From: Saprolegnia diclina VS20
Taxonomy: Eukaryota
Direction: 5' to 3'
Assembly (NCBI RefSeq): GCF_000281045.1
Contig: NW_008246199.1
Location: 3,012-35,067 of the forward strand
DNA length: 32,056 nt
In this document: in pieces, positions 29,614 to 32,056 of the stretch
How positions within the stretch are numbered: the first letter of the stretch is position 1
How the letters are laid out: each line of letters begins with the position of its first letter
The notes under the pieces: model-generated
Database searches by the model: none
Told to the model about the DNA's origin: nothing
Seen by the model: only the letters and a program-made list of their open reading frames with translations
Made by a program: the position numbers and the translations under genes

Positions 29614-31127
29614 TCACTCTATAGCTATCCGATACTGATCGATCGCATCGTCCGGAGACTCGTTCGATCGTCGTACGAGGTAAAAGAAGATGATCGCAGC
29701 CGCAACAAAAGCGGTGCCACACGTGACGCCCATCACGAGGCTTGCATCTAGTACAGCATCCACCTCGCGCTTGCTACTTGTCGACAGGAAATGATACGTA
29801 CAGTAGTTGTCGGATGTCGTCGTTGCTGCCGTCGCTAGAGAGATGCCATCAGATTTCAAGGTGGCAGGATGCGTCCTTGTACCAGTTACACATACGGCGA
29901 CGGAGATGGTGGACGTGCTTTCCCATAGCTTTTGAATCGACCCACCGACGTCGTTGCACGCGATGGCGTCCGTAGCGATTGGGTAGTTGATACTGTAGCC
30001 GGTTGGCGCATCGATGGCCGAGCTGTCGTTCCACGGACGGAGCGCGTTGAGCGCCTCGTACGAGGTCGCGTCCAGCGTCATGTTGGAGCGATGCCAGCAG
30101 TTGGTCATATTTCTACGCTGGGTGATTGTATCCACGCGCAATTTTCGACGTACAAGAATGCAATTTTGGCAAACGAAACGTTGGCAATGGTGGTCAGATC
30201 CCAGTTGTTGCTGAAAGACCTGTTGATAAAGACATATATCATTGAATCCAAGAGATATCGAGAGCTCGTACAGGGCTTTGAGCGCGCCAAAGTCGTTGTT
30301 AGTCATTCTCCGCAGTGTGTTGCTGGAAATGTCCCTACAACCTTTTATGCCAACATAATGGCATGCATCAAGGGTCGTACAAAGTAGTGAGCGTCGCGCC
30401 GATCGAGCTTGTATCGGTGAGGTTGTTGTCGCGAAGCACACTACGTTCCTTGAGTCCAAACGAAGTGGACTCTCCCACACAGTGTTGTCAATCTGGGAGA
30501 TGTGGTGGCAGATGGCGCAGCTGGTTGTTGACAAACGACCTAGTACTCGATCGTCAAATGCCAGCGCTAACGAGATGCGATACATGTGTTCGAGGCGTCG
30601 CGGCCAACCGACGCCGAGGGAAAAATTGACGGGATCATTTACAAAGGCCGTAGTCACTTGCCAAAATCCCGAGCTGTACATCGAGCGACGTACATGGTTG
30701 AGACCGAGGGCCAGTGCGACACCGACGTCGTGTACAGGTCGATGATGGTGGTCACATTGTCAAAAATCCTAGCGACAACATTGACAACGAACATTGCAAG
30801 AGAACTCGTACAATCTCGGTACGTCTTTGATCGTCCTAGTCGACAAGACGATGAGAGATCCAGTGCGACCACCTGTAATAGATACAAGCTACTGTGGGCA
30901 TAATTCTTCAATCGACCGAGACCCGTGCAGTTGGTCAATACCGTGCTCGTAAACGTCGTGGGGCTGCTGCGATCGCACTGGTTGGTGGTCGCGCACACCG
31001 TTCCGGCCAGTGTGCAGTTGCCGTCGGCGACGACAATTTGGCCATTTGGGTACGTTGCGTACCAGCAGAACGAGAGATCGCCACTCACAGCAGCGACAAC
31101 AACGAGAAGGAAGGCGGCGAGGAGCAT
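29614..31127 (-). pseudogene. LRR receptor-like protein (signal peptide, Cys-rich cap, LRR-like exons, C-cap, TM, short tail, no kinase); probably pseudogenised. Predicted exons: 31127-30886, 30835-30812, 30768-30694, 30649-30584, 30539-30481, 30440-30381, 30334-30272, 30219-30154, 30112-29802, 29747-29614
   Basis: Signal peptide MLLAAFLLVVVAAVSG; cap C.Y..VVADGNC..C..C; LRR-like exons LSFVNNQLRHLP, LVLRDNNLT, LDISSNTLRRM, LSFSNNWDLTTI; C-cap YEALNAL..C..GG..LW..VCV; TM VMGVTCGTAFVAAAIIFFYLV. Defects: AC instead of AG at the intron-3 acceptor (30650-30651) and a 59-nt exon 5 that gives an in-frame TGA. Confidence 0.75.
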
Positions 31128-31815
31128 ACTTGCACAAGAGCGGGCAATGCAATGTGCTGTTGCTCCCTCGACGGAGCTTGATCGGTAATGGAACTGTTTG
31201 CGAGGGGTTGGAAATATGAATAAGTACTTAGTCGTGACTACTAAGCCATGTGCATCGAATAGTAGCTGTAGTGCCGTACCCAGAGGGTGACTGCTGTGAA
31301 GAAAAAACTGCGTCGTTGTTTGGCTACCAAGCAAAGTAGACCTACTCGGATTTAGCAATGCTGGTGGACCGGTGGCTTTTGGCACCTGGGACAGCTCCTT
31401 CCGCTCGCAGCAAGCGTCGCTGCATCTTCCACTAGTACAGTGTTATCGACAGACGTGTGGCCGTAGTGAAAGCGACCCTCAAAAAGGCAATACGGTAGTC
31501 TCTACGCTAAAATCTTTGTCGGCTTATCGTAAACTCTACCACAGTATTCTAGTTGAGAGGGTCTTGGGAAACGACGAGCTGTTGGTGCTGGATTTGGTTT
31601 GGAGAGCTTACTGACACATTGACAGTTTGCGTGTTTGCGGGGGGTCGTTCGCACTGGCGTCCTTGCAATCAGCTTGGATGCAATCTGCGGGGGGTTGTGA
31701 TTGGATACAAGCAATGGATTTTTTTCCCATCATCCGTACAGCTCCTCTGGACGCTCGAGAGCGTAATACAACATACACATTTACCGATCGCTGGAGAGCG
31801 TCACACTCAAGCGAG

Positions 31816-32056
31816 ATGTTTATCGCATGCTTCCTCGTTGTCATTGCCGTCGTCGCTGTCAGTGGACAGGACCCAACCTGTTCGTGACTGGTCCGCTGCT
31901 TGTCGCCGACGGTAACTGCTCGGTGCCCCGTACGGTATACGCGACCACCAACCAGTGCGATCGCAGTAAAACCACGACGATTACGAGCACGGTATTGACC
32001 AACTGCACGGGTCTTGGTCAATTCAGTGAGTATGCCTACAACAACGTGTACGATGC
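31816..32056 (+). pseudogene. Second LRR receptor-like paralog (exon 1), head-to-head with the previous gene, frameshifted; continues beyond the window
   Basis: MFIACFLVVIAVVAVSGQDPTCS* continues in another frame as GPLLVADGNCSVPRTVYATTNQCDRSKTTTITSTVLTNCTGLG. It is closely similar to 31127-30886 but has a ~13-nt deletion near 31886. Confidence 0.8.

Noticed and set aside
29614..30681. The 355-aa ORF as a stand-alone gene
   Set aside because: It reads through several introns of the LRR gene; only parts of it are real exons.
1..32056. CRISPR arrays, tRNA/rRNA genes, prokaryotic operons or defence systems
   Set aside because: No regularly spaced repeats, cloverleafs or rRNA motifs were seen, and spliceosomal introns show the DNA is eukaryotic.

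Overview
Eukaryotic, GC-rich, gene-dense DNA with short GT..AG introns (about 40-85 nt). It is most consistent with a Saprolegniales oomycete (Saprolegnia/Achlya-like); this is inferred from gene families, intron style and INR/FPR-like promoters and is not verified. Contents from left to right: (1) six paralogous ~250-aa FAR-17a/AIG1/rolling-stone-like membrane proteins in two groups of three, flanking a 1788-aa polytopic membrane protein built from two homologous halves; (2) three paralogs of an unknown ~640-aa multi-pass membrane family, two of which face each other across an intron-containing HSL-type (HGGG/GDSAGG) esterase and share a 687-bp near-identical tract; (3) two copies of a ~215-235 bp element with a (CAA)n tail, one flanked by a 17-bp target-site duplication; (4) a four-times frameshifted prolyl-4-hydroxylase-like pseudogene with a duplicated insert inside its catalytic fold; (5) an intact 9-exon bacterial-type (organellar) isoleucyl-tRNA synthetase; (6) a strongly self-complementary ~360-nt intergenic segment that is a candidate structured ncRNA; (7) two head-to-head decayed LRR receptor-like genes, the complete one with one LRR-like unit per exon. 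No CRISPR, rRNA or tRNA was recognised.
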